DNA from: Sphyrna mokarran
Taxonomy: Eukaryota
DNA: 64,000 nt
NCBI GenBank assembly: GCA_024679065.1
Contig: JAGIQG010000004.1
Coordinates: 74,214,001-74,278,000 of the forward strand
Reading direction: 5' to 3'
The notes below the pieces were generated by a model. It saw only the letters and a program-made list of their open reading frames with translations, ran no database searches and had not been told where the DNA came from. The first letter of the stretch is position 1, and each line of letters begins with the position of its first letter. Below, in pieces: positions 48,271 to 61,734 of this stretch. The translations under genes and the position numbers were made by a program.

Positions 48271-51200
48271 GCAGCATTCATTGAATCAAATGATGTTGGA
48301 TTTGTTTAGATGTTTGTTTTTAGAATAAATGAGTCCTTCAATTATCATTAGTTTTCTGTACATTTGTCAATGATTCATTTTAATGCACTACAAGTGATCT
48401 CTCACATAGTGACTTGTAAGTTTATTTGTGTTATTATAAAAGGGATGGCATTTGAAACTAAGGCCCACATTTCTATGGAGTTATGGAGAGTTAAAGGGCA
48501 TTTATAAATGATGGGCAGGATCAGGATCTGGAATTCTCACCCCCCATTTCTGAGAGGTCCTATTTTTGCTGGAAAGGAATAGGGAACCACATATATGAGG
48601 AAAACCTGACCTTAGGAGTACCAAATGAACTGGTACACAATCATCACAATTTCACTGGAGTAAGGGCCTTATCCCACATTCTGTGAGTATTTTTTTAAGA
48701 GCTTGTAAATGCTTGTGAAGATATGTAGAATTGTCAAATGTCAAATTATTTAAGTAATTTCATGTTTAAAAGTTTAAAAAAACTGCCTGTATCTGTGAGT
48801 TGATAACACTTGTAACAGTAGTTCAAAAGCAGCTTGTTGACATGATAACATTAGCAATGCTTCACTGCTTTCCACTGCCTATCATTATCATGGGGGGGAG
48901 TTGAAAGTTCATAAATGATTTACTGTTCAAAGAGGTTATTAAAGGATTAGCTCTGATGTGGAATTATGAATGCAAGTGTTTGCTTTCATAAGTGATGGCA
49001 TACTTGAGTGGATTCTAATGTTTTGATTTGGCTTTCATGAATGAGAGTATTTTTATCTCATGAAATCTGTAATAGATATTTAGTATTTATCTTATTTAGA
49101 TTGACGTTGCTTCAGAAGTCTGCCCATAGTGGATATTGGGTGAGTTGAGAGCAAAGGAGTATATGTGGGGGCATGAGTTGGTGTTAAGTTTGCATAGGGA
49201 TTATAAGGAGGCATAGGTTGGCATTCCTTGGTATGTATGAACAGGGAGAGTTGGGATCCTAGAGAACTGCCCACCCATTACATTACACCATCTCCTCCCC
49301 ACCTCGCCAAACAAAGATTCCATCATTTGGGCTCCTTTTTTCCCTAAAGAGAATTTCCCAGCTCTGAGCATCTGCCATGGGGATGAAAACCCAGGCCTAG
49401 TTGTGGGTTCAATGTGGATTTTATCACAGCTAAAGTGTTGAATGAAAATGTAACCAAAGTAAAGACAAGGCTGCGAGCAAAGTGCTCAATAATGCACTAA
49501 ACTCTTTCAAATTATTGCCTTTAATTCCTTTACTCCGAAGATTATTTTCAATATATTCCACATCTTTGGCTGACTTCATTCTCAGTCTTGATGTAGATAA
49601 TTAACTTCTCTATTTAACAATGAGTATTTTTCCATTTCACAGAGTTTATTAGAACCCTGATATATCTTTATAAGAATTTAATTATGACTAGAGTTCTTTT
49701 GTTACAAGATAAATGACCTATTAACCTTCTCAAGGCAAGGGATTGTACTGCTGCTCTAGATCCCATACAATTTCCATTGATTTCAATGGAGATTAAAGTG
49801 GATGAGTTCTTTAATGGGTGGATCACGTATCCTGCCAGCTGACCTCCCAAGTGGTGAAAGTGAAAAGACAACCAACATATTCCTTGAAGCACCATTGAGT
49901 AGAGCTCTGCCAATCCCTTTTTTTGTTGTAAAATACTTGATTGGCAAAATTTGGTTGCTTCAATGCCTTTCCCTAATCCTTTTCTTACCACATAATTCTT
50001 ATTTTAAGAACTCCCCAATTTCAATTAGTACAGTATATACATAAAATTAAGCATTTAGAGAATTAATCTGTTGACCCAGGAAATCTGTCATCCTTCTTAA
50101 TAGAAAGATATTGCGGGGTCACTCAAGTACTTGCAATGTGACAGCAAATAAAATGTTGCTGCAATTAGTTTTCATGATATTCCTAATTCAGATATAAAAA
50201 AGACTGACTGAGCTCCAACTCACAGGCAAATACATTTCATTTGAGTAATTAAGCTCTATTCATGCCTGACCCACATACTTAGAATAAGATCTATTTATGA
50301 TTCACTACATGGATGGACAATATGAAATCATGTATATATATCTATTTTATATATGTATATTCTATAGTCAGAGGAAATATTTTAAAGACAATATTAAAAT
50401 ACATTTGTGTGTATACAAGGTTAAGATAGGATATCACTAAGTGACTGATCTTGCATAATCATTTGGATCTTTTATGTTCAATGACAATTAGGAGTTACTT
50501 TTGATGTTGATGAGCCTGATGTTATGAAAAGATCACCAGATAGTGAATCATCCAATCAATTTGCTTTAGCAAGGCCATTTGTACAACATTCAATATCACA
50601 GGTCTGATCTTCTAGACACTGGCAGAAGTGATGGCTCACCATGTTAATCTTTAAAACATAACTGGCAACACTTTTACTACTTATTCCTTTGCACACTTTA
50701 CCCTCCCTCAATATTCTTACCTTTGATGTTGCATTCTGGTTAGGCTATGTTAGCAGACAAAATTATTTATCACTGTTTACCTTCAATAAGCTGTGAGGAT
50801 CCATATTCATAAGAATTCATAAAACAATAGAATGTCTGCTCATCCATACTTACCTGTAAAATACTTCATAGTCCCACAACCATTGTTACAATGGTATGCT
50901 CAGAACATCTTTGGGAAAGAAACCTCAAAGCCAATCCAGTTTTAACTGAGTGCTTTTAGTGTGGTTTGAAATGATGTCTGTTTTGTATATTTTCTTTTTT
51001 CAGCTCTTACACAGTAAGTAAATGTGGTATTAATATATCACGTGAAAGCAGCAATTTCTTCTATAGAAGTCACCTTTATGATTGGAAGAATTGTTGGTCT
51101 ATTATAGTTAGTAATTGATTGCAGCACAAAGAGAAGTACCTCAACCTAGATTGTGAACAAAATTAAAATAATTCTTAATTATCTCATTACAATACCCAAT

Positions 51201-52456
51201 GTTCCTTCTTAGGTTTCAATTTAGACTTGTTCCATGATAGGACTGAAACAGTCAGTATTAGTGTTATTTTTGTTTCCCTTGACGCTATTTCTCACAGCGT
51301 TTCTAGCATTCTATCCTCTACAGTCCAGGACAGCAGTGAGACAGTCGTAAGATTTGATCTTCTTGACCTCCTTGCCCACACTGATTAGCTGATTAAAGCT
51401 CTGGTTCTGTGTAGTTGTTGATAGATTTTCCTCTGTTTGTACAATTCTGCTACAGTCCAATGGTGAAGTGACCTAATTTAGTTAATAAGGGCAGACCCAT
51501 TTGAAATCTCTTATGACTTTTGATTGAGACACTCTGATTTGAAGTTTAACATTATTATACCATGAAAGTTATCAGATTCTCCTTAACAATCTCCTTGGGG
51601 ATGAAGAGAAGTGTCCTTGCCCTACAAATTGACAGAAATAAACCATTCTGCCACAAGTTTTTTGTAGATTTACAACTTATTTTTCACAATAGAAAATTCT
51701 CAGGGATGTCAATGCAGGACATTCCCCTTTGATTCACAAATCTTCCCTCTGATAAGAAAATCATCCTTTGTGCCAATAAGAGTTAAAGCATATTACGTTT
51801 CACAAAAGAAAAATGTGCCGAACATGTGTTTTCTGAAATAAAAGCGTGTGCACCAAGTGTTTCTACAAGTAGGTTCTTTTTATTAATAGTCTCATGGGAA
51901 GTTCTATTACCCACAGCCTGCTAGTACAGGAAGTAGAAACTCATGAGTAGATATAAGCTTTCCTATCTTAGACAGAAAGGGCCTACAGCTCAGTGATACC
52001 CAATATATACTTGCTTCGGCTCCTGTTGAGTTTTGTGTTCGATGTCCCGGATATGGATGCTTGTTCCTTTGATAAAACTGAAATTTTAGTAATTGGCAGG
52101 AACTCGCTCTGCAGCCTTGCCCAAGAACAGAGAAAAGCAACTCTAACAATTATGCTTTTCATAATTTATTCCCTTGCACTTCCTCGGACCCCTAAGTTCA
52201 AAAGAGCATTTGTGCACCCAACTGTTGCACTAAAATCAGATATATTGTGTTCATGTTATTGGCAGAATCCGTTCCTTCTTAAATAACTCCAGTATTTTCT
52301 TGTTTACAAAAAGAATATTTATGAAGAGAAAACTATCCTCTCTAGATCCATTTCGTTATCCCAAGTGTATAAAATGGGATGTTATGATTATAAAGTGATC
52401 TCTTCACTCAATTCCTGTATGGTATCTGTTTTACAAAAGTATGATCAACAACTTAC

Positions 52457-52695
52457 CTTTTATTCTGGCCAGAATGTTTTTTCTTGGTCTAAAGAGTGGC
52501 AGAGCTTACGATGAGCTCTATCAATGGGACTTCCTGAGAATAGAAGGCTTGTTTTGCCAAGGAAGTGCCATGTTTTGATGCCGGGCTAGTATCGTCGCAG
52601 AATGGCTCAGCTCACCATTTCTTCAAAGGGATAAAGCCCCTCCAAAGTCCCTCATTCCAAAAGAGGTATCATGTTCCTCAGCACTGCCAGAAAAC
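52457..52695 (-). other. Candidate non-coding or UTR exon
   Basis: Minus strand: ctgac branch-like site, cttgtttctAG acceptor, 239 nt, AAG|GTAAGT donor; stops in all three frames. Confidence 0.3.
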
Positions 52696-53419
52696 CTAGA
52701 AACAAGTTTGAAAGTATTTCTAGGTCAGTGATAAAAAACTAATATTGGAGCCTTTTAGTAGCAAAATAATCATTACATTTCTGAATTTAAAAAAAAATTG
52801 TAGCCAAACTAGCATTTCAATGTAATATGATTCAGCTTTGTTCAAATTTCATCAGAGATTTGTGGGGGGAAAAATGTCTCCACTTTACTGAAAAGATTGG
52901 ATAGCCTTTAACATTCTTATTTAAGATCATTGCTTCATTGTTATCATTTCAGAAATAAAGTTTGGAGCATCATATCTGTTTCAGCATTTGTTAATGAATG
53001 GAGAACTGTAACATTTTTAAACAATGCAATACCTAAATCCTCTTGAATCCTGACTCTGACTCAGATCTGAGGGCAATGTTAAGACTTTGATTGATGCAAG
53101 CAAGTACGTCTAAGATGTCTCTGTGCAATGATTAACTGGGATGTCAATCCAATGATGAGAATCAAGTGGCCGGCTGCTGTTGATGCCTACATATACAATA
53201 CTGGTTCTGGCTAAGATCACTGACTGGTGGTTGGTAGGCTAAGTGATGTGTAAAGTTTAATCTCAGATCAGACTTAACCTCCTTTAATATTTTATTAATA
53301 TTGACTGCAATCCACACACGTTAACTCTATCGCTGAAGGATAAAAGTTGCTAATTTCAGGACTGACATTTCATTCAAAACAGTGATAGGAAGGATACGTG
53401 GAGCCTTACAACTTCTTTG

Positions 53420-54248
53420 TCACTCCTTTCGTAATGACCTTGAGAAATGTTAATGATCCCCAGGGGAGTTCCGTTGGAACACTGACCAACATTCCACCCT
53501 CACCAAACTGTGACAAAATTAGCCAATCATCCAGCCTATTGCTATTTGTGTGAAATTGTTGGATAAGGTATAACAACATAGTAAACCTTATGGCCAGAAT
53601 TTTACATTTCTCCGTTGGCCATGTGCTTGATTCAAAAGCAATGCGAAAGCGCGTGACAAGGTGCCAGACATGCGTACTGAAATCATTGCACATTCATGCA
53701 GTATTTTGGTTGGCAGGCGTGCGCAAGAGTTGGAAGCACACCTGTTGACAATCAAGAAGGCAATTGAGTCCATTAAAGGGCCAATTACATGGCCCATCTG
53801 CCTTTACGGTTTGCGGGCATGCTGATTTGGCCAGATGGCCTTTATGTTTTTGCTGAAGCTTCGATCCAGGGCAGGATGAAATGTCTGTGCTAAAATTAAA
53901 TTTAAAAAGGTGATTGAGGACTATGCTTGAATATGCTGCCTAGACACTGTACAGTTTTTTTTTGTCGCTATTTATTTTTCACAACTCCCTGAGGCAGCTC
54001 TGCAATGGCCATCCCTCTGAGGGAGCACCACAGAAGCTCCAGCCCACCCCATCCCGTTTCTCGATGCCTTCTTGCTTCCCATCCTCCCCAGCACAGAGCC
54101 TTTCCTAGCGAGCGTTTCTTGCTGGGCTCCCCATTAATTGGTTAGCCAGCACTCCGTGTTCTGGCTCCGATCATAGCCAGGAGTGCATTTCACGCCATCT
54201 TCTGGGCTCACTGAGTGCACACACCCAACAGGTGGAAAATTCAGGGCT
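53420..54248. mobile_element. Harbinger-like non-autonomous element
   Basis: CpG-rich interior (ccattaagggccaatt-like motifs); terminal ggaaaattcagggc. Confidence 0.45.
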
Positions 54249-54829
54249 TTGTTGCCAAAATAAATGTTTAAAATCATTATCAATTTCACAGGACAAAGTA
54301 TGACTTACATAGACATCTACTTATTTGAAGCCTAATGCAAAGTTTGAGTATACAAAATGTAAAGGGGTTCAGAAGAAACTGATCCTCGCTTCAAAGAAGA
54401 TTGGAAACCCTTGAGCCTTAGATCCGGAAAGGATATAGCTGAGAGTGACTCACAGTGAATGCAGAACATTGAGTTCAAAATATACTGTCAGCACAGGAGG
54501 AGACAATGATTTCCACCGATCAAATACTGTATGCGTTCAGTGCATTTGTTCTCCTTCACACAAGGGTGGGTGTTGAACTTTGGGAGACCATCCAACGGGA
54601 CTGTGTCAAGTGATGACCTGTACTTGTGGCAAAATGTTGGGACCAAGCCTAGTGAATCATTTTCATTTACAAGTGGGAGCCCTAAAACCAGGTACAAGCA
54701 TTTGTCTGTCTCGGGACTGCTCCTGGGCTTTTATATTGAACATGGTCTGTCATGACTATAGAGGCTGATGCGTGAATTACAGTCCCCTCCACAGCTGACA
54801 CAGATAAGTAGCGTTGGCCTGAGGTTGAC

Positions 54830-55290
54830 TAATGCATTTTTCTTCCCGGCGGCTTTTCTTTTCCACCATCTGGTCACTTCTTTTGTCCTTTGTTTTTTTC
54901 ACATCCTTCCTGATTTCTTGTCTCCAGGCAGTCTGGTCAGCAGTGATGACTTCCCGAGCATCGACTCTGATCTAGTCCACTTGAGGTCTCACTTGTAGAC
55001 GTACTAGTATTGGAGGAGACCTATTGGTCTCAGGCCATTAACAAGCTCATCATGGAGTATGTTTTTGGGGATGTGGCCATCATTCATTTGACTCATGTGA
55101 CCAAGCCAATGGAGTGGCAATTGATTCAAGAAAGTAATGCAGCAGACCCCTGTATGCTGATATACTTCCATGTTTGGCACGAGATGCCCGATGTTCATCT
55201 GAGGCAGAGGAGGTGGAAGCTATTTGGCCACTTTTCTTGCCTTGTATATGTTGTCCATGCTTCACTCCTGTAAAGGAAGATGCTGAAAGC
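54830..55290 (-). mobile_element. RTE LINE C-terminal fragment
   Basis: LHWLGHMSQMNDGHIPKNILHDELVNGLRPIG, matching the RTE WLGH..RM.D.R.PK..L.GEL..G.RP.G motif. Confidence 0.82.
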
Positions 55291-56649
55291 AGAAGCTTGA
55301 TACAACTGGAACAACCCGCTTGTCAAGAGATGACTCTCTAAGCTTTAAGAACTCACTGAAACATGCAGGCCACAGCGGGCAGCTTCAAACTAACCAGTGG
55401 CAGCCTGGCTTGAGGTGGGCAGTAGCTATTCAATGAGACATGAAATTACATCCCACTGTAGGAATTAATCTCTGGTACTCATGCTCTGTTCCAGTTGAGC
55501 ATGAGCTTATGACTGGTAACTGTTTCATCCCACGTTGTGTTAACAAAAAAGACAAAGTTGGAGTGTCTTCTCCAGGAGGCAAGCCTGAGGATATAGTATG
55601 GAGATTGCAAGCATCAGAGCCCTCCTCTCTGCATTGTTCAATGTGTTAAATTCTAAACAACTGTGGAATCCTCAAGAACTCACTCCACACTCCAAACAAC
55701 ATCAGCCCTCTCAGAGCAGATCACCCCACACTCAGGGGCATCTGACCCCTTCCTTAAAGGGTCACCTGATTCTACTCCTTAAAGGGGCTATGCCTCAACG
55801 TACATAACACAATGAAAATGATGAAAACAGTACTGTTTGATTCACGCTGTGCTGTTTGGACTCCGCTTCTGATTTTCTGTCAGAATTCACTCCCTCAGCC
55901 TGCTTCTCACCTGAGACACCCATTAGGCAGTGGGGTTATTTACTCATAATTGAGGTGTGATTCATGGGCACCAGGGCACAACTATATGTTAGCAATAGGG
56001 GGCCAGGCCTCCTCAGTGTGCCCTGTAGTTTAACTTGGGTCTGCCAGGTACCCAGTTTGTAAATGTCACTTATGCATTTGGCTTTCTTTTCGTGGTGAGA
56101 CCCGAAAGCAAGAGATATCAAACACACCACTCACTAGACTAACACACTTGGTGCATTGCATCAGCTAGAGACACACAGCCAAATTGCAGCCTCCCAATAT
56201 TGTATTGCAACTAGATCCATCAGAATGATAAGCACATGGCTGGAAGGGAGAAAAGAGGGAAAAAAAGAGAGATAATCATGGAGAGTAGGATTCCCAAGCC
56301 AGTAGAGGCTGAGTTTAATTTTTACGAGGCCTCAAGATTCACTCCTACTGTTCCAGGCCCCGCAAGAATATTTCCAAATTTACTTTTACTGGGCTTCTTC
56401 AACTCCTTCCCCAGTAGATCTGCTGTGCGTGTGCCCAGCACAGGTTCCAATTTCAAATGGCAATCAGAATTCTGGGACCCAAACTTGGACATTCCTGTTT
56501 CAGAGGGGGGCCACTAAAGTGGCTGATCCCATTTTGAGGCCATTTCTGCCTTGTTAATGATAAGTAATAGGGAGGAAAATAGACATTCTAATTAGTTAGG
56601 TTGTCTTCCAGGCTGGTCAGTGCTGCATGAACTGAAAATATAAGGAGTG

Positions 56650-57772
56650 GCAGAATGTCCTTGTTAATGTTGAGAGTCAAGGAGACATGGATGCAGTCAC
56701 ACAAGCAATTAGAAAGGTAAATGGCACGTTGGCCTTTATTGCAAAGGGATATAGAGAACAAAAATAAAGAAATCTTGCTACAATTATACAGACTTGGTAC
56801 AACTATGTGTGGAATGTTATGTGCAACTCTGGTCTCCACATTTCAGAAAACATAGAACATAGAAAACCACAGCACAAAACAGGCCCTTCGACCCACAAGT
56901 TGCGCTGATCATATCTCTATCCACTAGGCCTACCTATAACCCTCAATCCCATTAAATCCCATGTACTTATCCAGACCCTTAAAAGACCCCAACGAGTTTG
57001 CCTCCACCACCACCAACGGCAGCCGATTCCATCACTCACCACCCTCTGAGTGAAAAATTTATCCCTGACATTTCTTCTGTACCTACTCCCCAGCACCTTA
57101 AATCTGTGTCCTCTCATAGCAACTGTTTCAGCCCTGGGAAATAGCCTCTGAGAATCCACCCGATCTATACCTCTCAACATCTTTTAAAACTCTATCAGGT
57201 CACCTCTCATCCTTTGCCTCTCCAGGGACAAAATACCTCGTCCCCTCAACCTATCCTTATAAGACATTCCATCCATTGGAGACACATTGGAGATTGTGCA
57301 GTGAAGGTTCGGTAAGTTGTTCCCTGGGATGCATGGGTTGTCCTGTGATGAAGGGCTGAATAAATTGGGTTTATATCCTCTAGAATTTAGAAGAATAAGG
57401 GGCAATCTCATGGGAACCTATTAAGGAACTTGATAGATTAGATGCTGAGAGATTGTTTCTGGTGGTTGAGAAATGTAAAATATGGGGGCACTGTCTCAGG
57501 ATAAGCCTCTGATCATTTAGGACTGAGAATGAGAGCAATTTCTTTACTCAAAGGATTGTGAACCCTTGATATCCTCTACCCAGAGAGTAATGGATGCTCC
57601 ATTGTCGAATACATTTAAGGCTGGGAGAGACGGATTTTTAGTCTCTCAGGGAATGAATGGATATAGGGAATGGATAGGGTAGTGGAGTTAAAGTCCAAGA
57701 TCAGCCATGATCATATTGAATGGTGGAGCAGATCTGATGGATAATATAGTCGACTCCTACTCCTATTTCATG
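56650..57772 (+). mobile_element. CR1 3' region hosting a younger CR1
   Basis: IENKNKEILLQLYR..VQLWSPHF; LGLYPLEFRRIRGNL; tail cctactcctatttcatgtgtt. Confidence 0.85.
56848..57272 (-). mobile_element. Young CR1 3' end, same subfamily as 2870-3415
   Basis: [25 protein letters not shown]; tail ttctatgttctatg. Confidence 0.92.
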
Positions 57773-58074
57773 TGTTTGCAGCTCATGATCAGCAACATAA
57801 CCAGGACCAAGATTATATTCGGTCTGGTCCGCAAGCTGACTGGAGCAAACATGTGGGTAAAGCAGCTGCATCTTTGACTTTGCACCCATTTCAGGATGGA
57901 AGTCAAATTTTTTGCTAATCTACTTCTTTCATGCACCAGCACGCTCTGTTTCCCCTCCAACATTCTGCTCAATTCTTGTTGGCAGAACTTAAGAGGCCGG
58001 AACAAATGGAAACTATGTAGAGAGGGATTATCAGTTTACAGCACAGAATGTTAAGCAGTACAGTGGATCCTGGT

Positions 58075-58372
58075 ACAGTGGAAGCATCAAAATGAAATCA
58101 AGATAATACAAGACAGTTAGTAAGAAATTAAATAGGGAAATTAGAAGGAACTTCTTCACCAGAGGCTGGTGAAAATGTATGATACATACCATTGGACTGA
58201 GTGGATTTAAATAGTATAGACACATGTCAGAGGAAGCTAGACAAACGTGAGAGAGAAAGGAAGAGCAGGTTATGTTAATAGGAACCAATGACAAAGAATG
58301 GAAGGAGGGTTCAGTGGAGCATAGACACTGGTGAGAATGAGTTGGGCTAAATGGTCTGTTTCTGTGCTGTAT
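58075..58372 (+). mobile_element. CR1 3' end
   Basis: attagaaggaacttcttcaccaga..gttgggctaaatggtctgtttctgtgctgta. Confidence 0.75.
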
Positions 58373-58629
58373 TTTGTACATAATACTAGGTAAAAATAAA
58401 ATTGCTCTATTTTCTCAGCCTGCCCCAACTCTCCCATTTTTCTTGGCTCCCACTTGTTTCAAAACTGTTAAGCACAATCTTATAGGCAGTTCATGCCATG
58501 CTCTCCCTGTAGCGAGTTTAGAGAATTTGGTGCCCAGCCAAATCTCCGTTCACTGCAGCCGGATGGGAAAATTCTATTGACCTGATTGGCCGCAATATTC
58601 CAGTCTTAATCTCTAAACATCCTCCCCTG

Positions 58630-58780
58630 TTCTGATAAAAGACGGTCAAACTAAAATGTTCACAATATTTGTCACTCTGCAGATAACAACCCCTTCCCGC
58701 CCCCGATCTGCTGAACGTTTTCCAGCAAGTTTGGTTTTTAATTCAGAGTTCCAGTTTTCGCAGTATCTCATTTTGATTTA
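58630..58780 (+). mobile_element. Decayed Penelope-associated terminal repeat (hammerhead core destroyed)
   Basis: ttctgataaaag..ctgctgaacgttttccagc..attcagagttccag..gcagtat. Confidence 0.45.
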
Positions 58781-59231
58781 AACATTGCAGTGAAATGCCA
58801 TAGCTCCTGATTCATTTGAAAAGAAGAGTCTCAGGAATGTGATACAAGCATGATTAAAACTCTCAAAGGGAACTTTTGGAAAAAGAAGCTCCAACTTATG
58901 GTTTTGCATCTGAACAATACAGAAAAAAAGGAAGTTGATAACTTGTGAACCTAAAATTTGTACTGGAGTGAATTGAATGGATTTTTTCTGCTCATTACTT
59001 CAACCCACATTTTCCTAAGTGTGTTTATGATCATAGTATTGGCCACAAGAGCCATTCTGTTGAAGATAATAAAGGCAATTTAAAAATAAGTCATGCATCA
59101 GTAACATTTGAAAAGTCAAATTTAGCAATAGTTATGGCCAACTCAAAGTCAAAGAATGATAATAAAAATGGAAAGGGCATTTTAGACTCTTGGTTAAAAC
59201 TTGAAATTCCTAATGAGAGAGTTTTGAAGAG

Positions 59232-59530
59232 TGGCATGGTGGCACAGTGGTTAGCACTGCTGCCTCACAGCATCACAGACTCGGGTTCGATTCTTGGCTT
59301 GGGTCACTGTCTGTGTGGAATTTGCACATTTTCCCTATATCTGCATGGGTTTCCTCCCACAGTCCAAAGATGTGTGAGTTAGGTGGATTGGCCATGATAA
59401 TTTGCCTTTAGTGTCAGGAGGACTGGCTAGGGTAAATGTATGGGTTTATGGGGATAGGGCCTGGGTGGAATTGTGGTCACTGCAGTCTCAAGGGACTGAA
59501 TGGCCTCCTTCTACACTGTAGGATTCTATA
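59232..59530 (+). mobile_element. HE1 SINE
   Basis: ggtggcacagtggttagcactgctgcctcacag..gggttcgatt; tail cactgtaggattctat. Confidence 0.92.
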
Positions 59531-59744
59531 AATTTATGCCTATCACTAAAAAGAAACACAGTAAAATATGCACAAAGCAGTCTAGTCATGGTATAGAGAG
59601 GTGTTTCCTTAAGCCATGTGAAAAATTGATACATCAGATGGCTAGTACGTACTTTTTGAATCAATTGGGTAAGTAGGCCCTAAGTTCTCATGCTTTGATG
59701 GATCATGAATAAGGCTTTACAGAAACTTGTGAATCTATGACATT

Positions 59745-59980
59745 GGCTGTGATTTTCTGATCCCCCCCCCCCCGCCCATCCCCCCAAGGTGTGTTTTCCA
59801 GCTTAGGAAGTGATCTGCCTTTGGCTCTGGTAGGATAATCCGGTTCCATAAAGTCTATGGTATTTTGTATGGCTCATCCACCCTACATGCCAGAGAACCT
59901 TGTGGGTGCAAAGGGGTCACCTTCTGTGGAAGCAGAGAACCGGAATATCCCCTGTCAGGAAAAGTGGAAAATCCTGTTGT
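59745..59980. mobile_element. MITE
   Basis: ggctgtgattttc ... ggaaaatcctgtt. Confidence 0.55.
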
Positions 59981-60647
59981 TTGTGACCATTGAAAGTTTT
60001 GCCCATGACCCTTCAACAGTAGTGAACAGCTGACACCGGTGAGACCTGCAGGAACACTGATATTTGATACATTGCCCTTTGAATGTGGTACTCAAGGTCT
60101 TGGTAAGAGTTTAATGATTGATGAACAATTGTTTGAATGAATCAAGGAACAAAACACAAGGGAAAGATTTGCCCTCTGTGTGTTGAAGGGATAGTGCCAA
60201 AACAATACATTAACAAATGTTGGCAATGCTGAGTTCTACATTCAGTACAAAGCTCATCAATAAACCATTTCACATGAGGGGAGGAATCAAAACAAGAATT
60301 CTATTATTCTTATGAAAAAAAAACATGGGCCATTTAAATTTTAATAATCGGAATAAGATCAAAATTCATATTTTTTTGCAACAGCATTGGCCTGGTGCCG
60401 GATTTTGAATTGATTTGGAGCTTGTCCCTGTTCAAAAATTCCCAATCTGCAACTGAAGGTTTCATCATGGAACACCTGCGTAATGGAAACAATTAGTTTC
60501 AAATCCTTTTGCAAACCAGTGGCAAATCCTATTGTCAAAAATAATTTTCCTTGACAATTAGTACCCCAGGTGCATCGTCTGAATTTAAAGCTGAGATGTC
60601 CAAATTATGGATTGTGAGGGAAATAGAGGATTATACTGACTCAGGTG

Positions 60648-60945
60648 TGGGCAGCACAGTGGCACAGTGGTTGGCACTGCTGCCTCACAGCGCCAGGGAC
60701 TTGGGTTCGTTTCCAACCTAGAGTGACTGTCTATGTGGAGTTTGTACATTGTCCTTGTGTCTCCGTGGGTTTCCTCTGGGTGCTTAAGTTTCCTCCCATA
60801 GTGCAGTAAGTTGATTGGCCGTGCTAAATTGGCTCTACTGTCATGAAGTAAACGCGTGGGAATACGGGACATAGCCTGGATGGAGTTGTAGTTGGTACAG
60901 ATTTGATGGGCTGAATGGCCTCCTTCTGTACTGCAGAGATTCTGT
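60648..60945 (+). mobile_element. HE1 SINE
   Basis: gggcagcacagtggcacagtggttggcactgctgcctcacagcgccagggac; tail tggcctccttctgtactgcagagattct. Confidence 0.92.
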
Positions 60946-60964
60946 GTACACTGGTTTGTGCTGT

Positions 60965-61320
60965 TTAAACATAGGACTGGAACATATACATCTCCTTGTA
61001 TCCCCACCACCATTTTATTAGATCTCATTTCATCGCTACCATGACTCCAGTGACATACTAATTCTCCTCAGCTTAAATAAATAAATCTATCATTGTCAGT
61101 CTTGAAATTTACACTTGTCTCAGCATTCACAATCTTTAGATTTCCATCATCCTTTGATTTGCGTATCTTCCAATTCCTCTTCTGACTGGCCCAGCTCTAA
61201 TTTGAAGGTTCTGCCCGATTGTTCTGGCTTTCCCCGTCAGGGGGTAATAACTTTACTGTAACTACCCTATTGAATCCACTTATCAATTTAAAGGTCTCGA
61301 TTGGATCTCCCCTGGGCCAG
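60965..61320 (-). mobile_element. Decayed CR1 3' end
   Basis: aacataggactggaa..cagcattcacaa..ctaccctattgaatcc..ctcgattggatctcccct. Confidence 0.6.
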
Positions 61321-61734
61321 TAAAATTTGGAAAGATCTGTTTTTAGTGCGACTGATTGAGATGTGGAAACAGACTATGTCACAAATACATAGAAATGTCA
61401 GACAAATCTGTTTATACCTATGCATTCAGGAGTATGCAGTGGATTATTGATTTCAACTTGCTATGTTGTCCGTGAGGCTTTACTGTACACTGATTTGACC
61501 CACATGGGCTCCTGTAAATTCTAGCTATTGTGCTGATTGTGAACACTGGTGAAGCCGAGGTGACAATGTCAAAAATATTATCAAATACTTCAGTAGGAAA
61601 CACAAATAATGAGATCTTCCATGACAGAGTATGGATGGATTCTTGATCATCAAATTAGTTTGAATTGAACCTGGTGTCCCAGTTTGCTCAAATAGATTAC
61701 TCAACTTTCATTTTCTAGGCACAGATAAAGCCAT

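Noticed and set aside
50845-50865. Minus-strand ttttacAG|GTAAGT recursive splice site
   Set aside because: Pyrimidine tract is weak and there is no transcript evidence; such motifs arise by chance.
59232-59300. tRNA genes at SINE heads (also 16558, 28383, 34246, 60648)
   Set aside because: A/B boxes continue into SINE cores; no complete cloverleaf.
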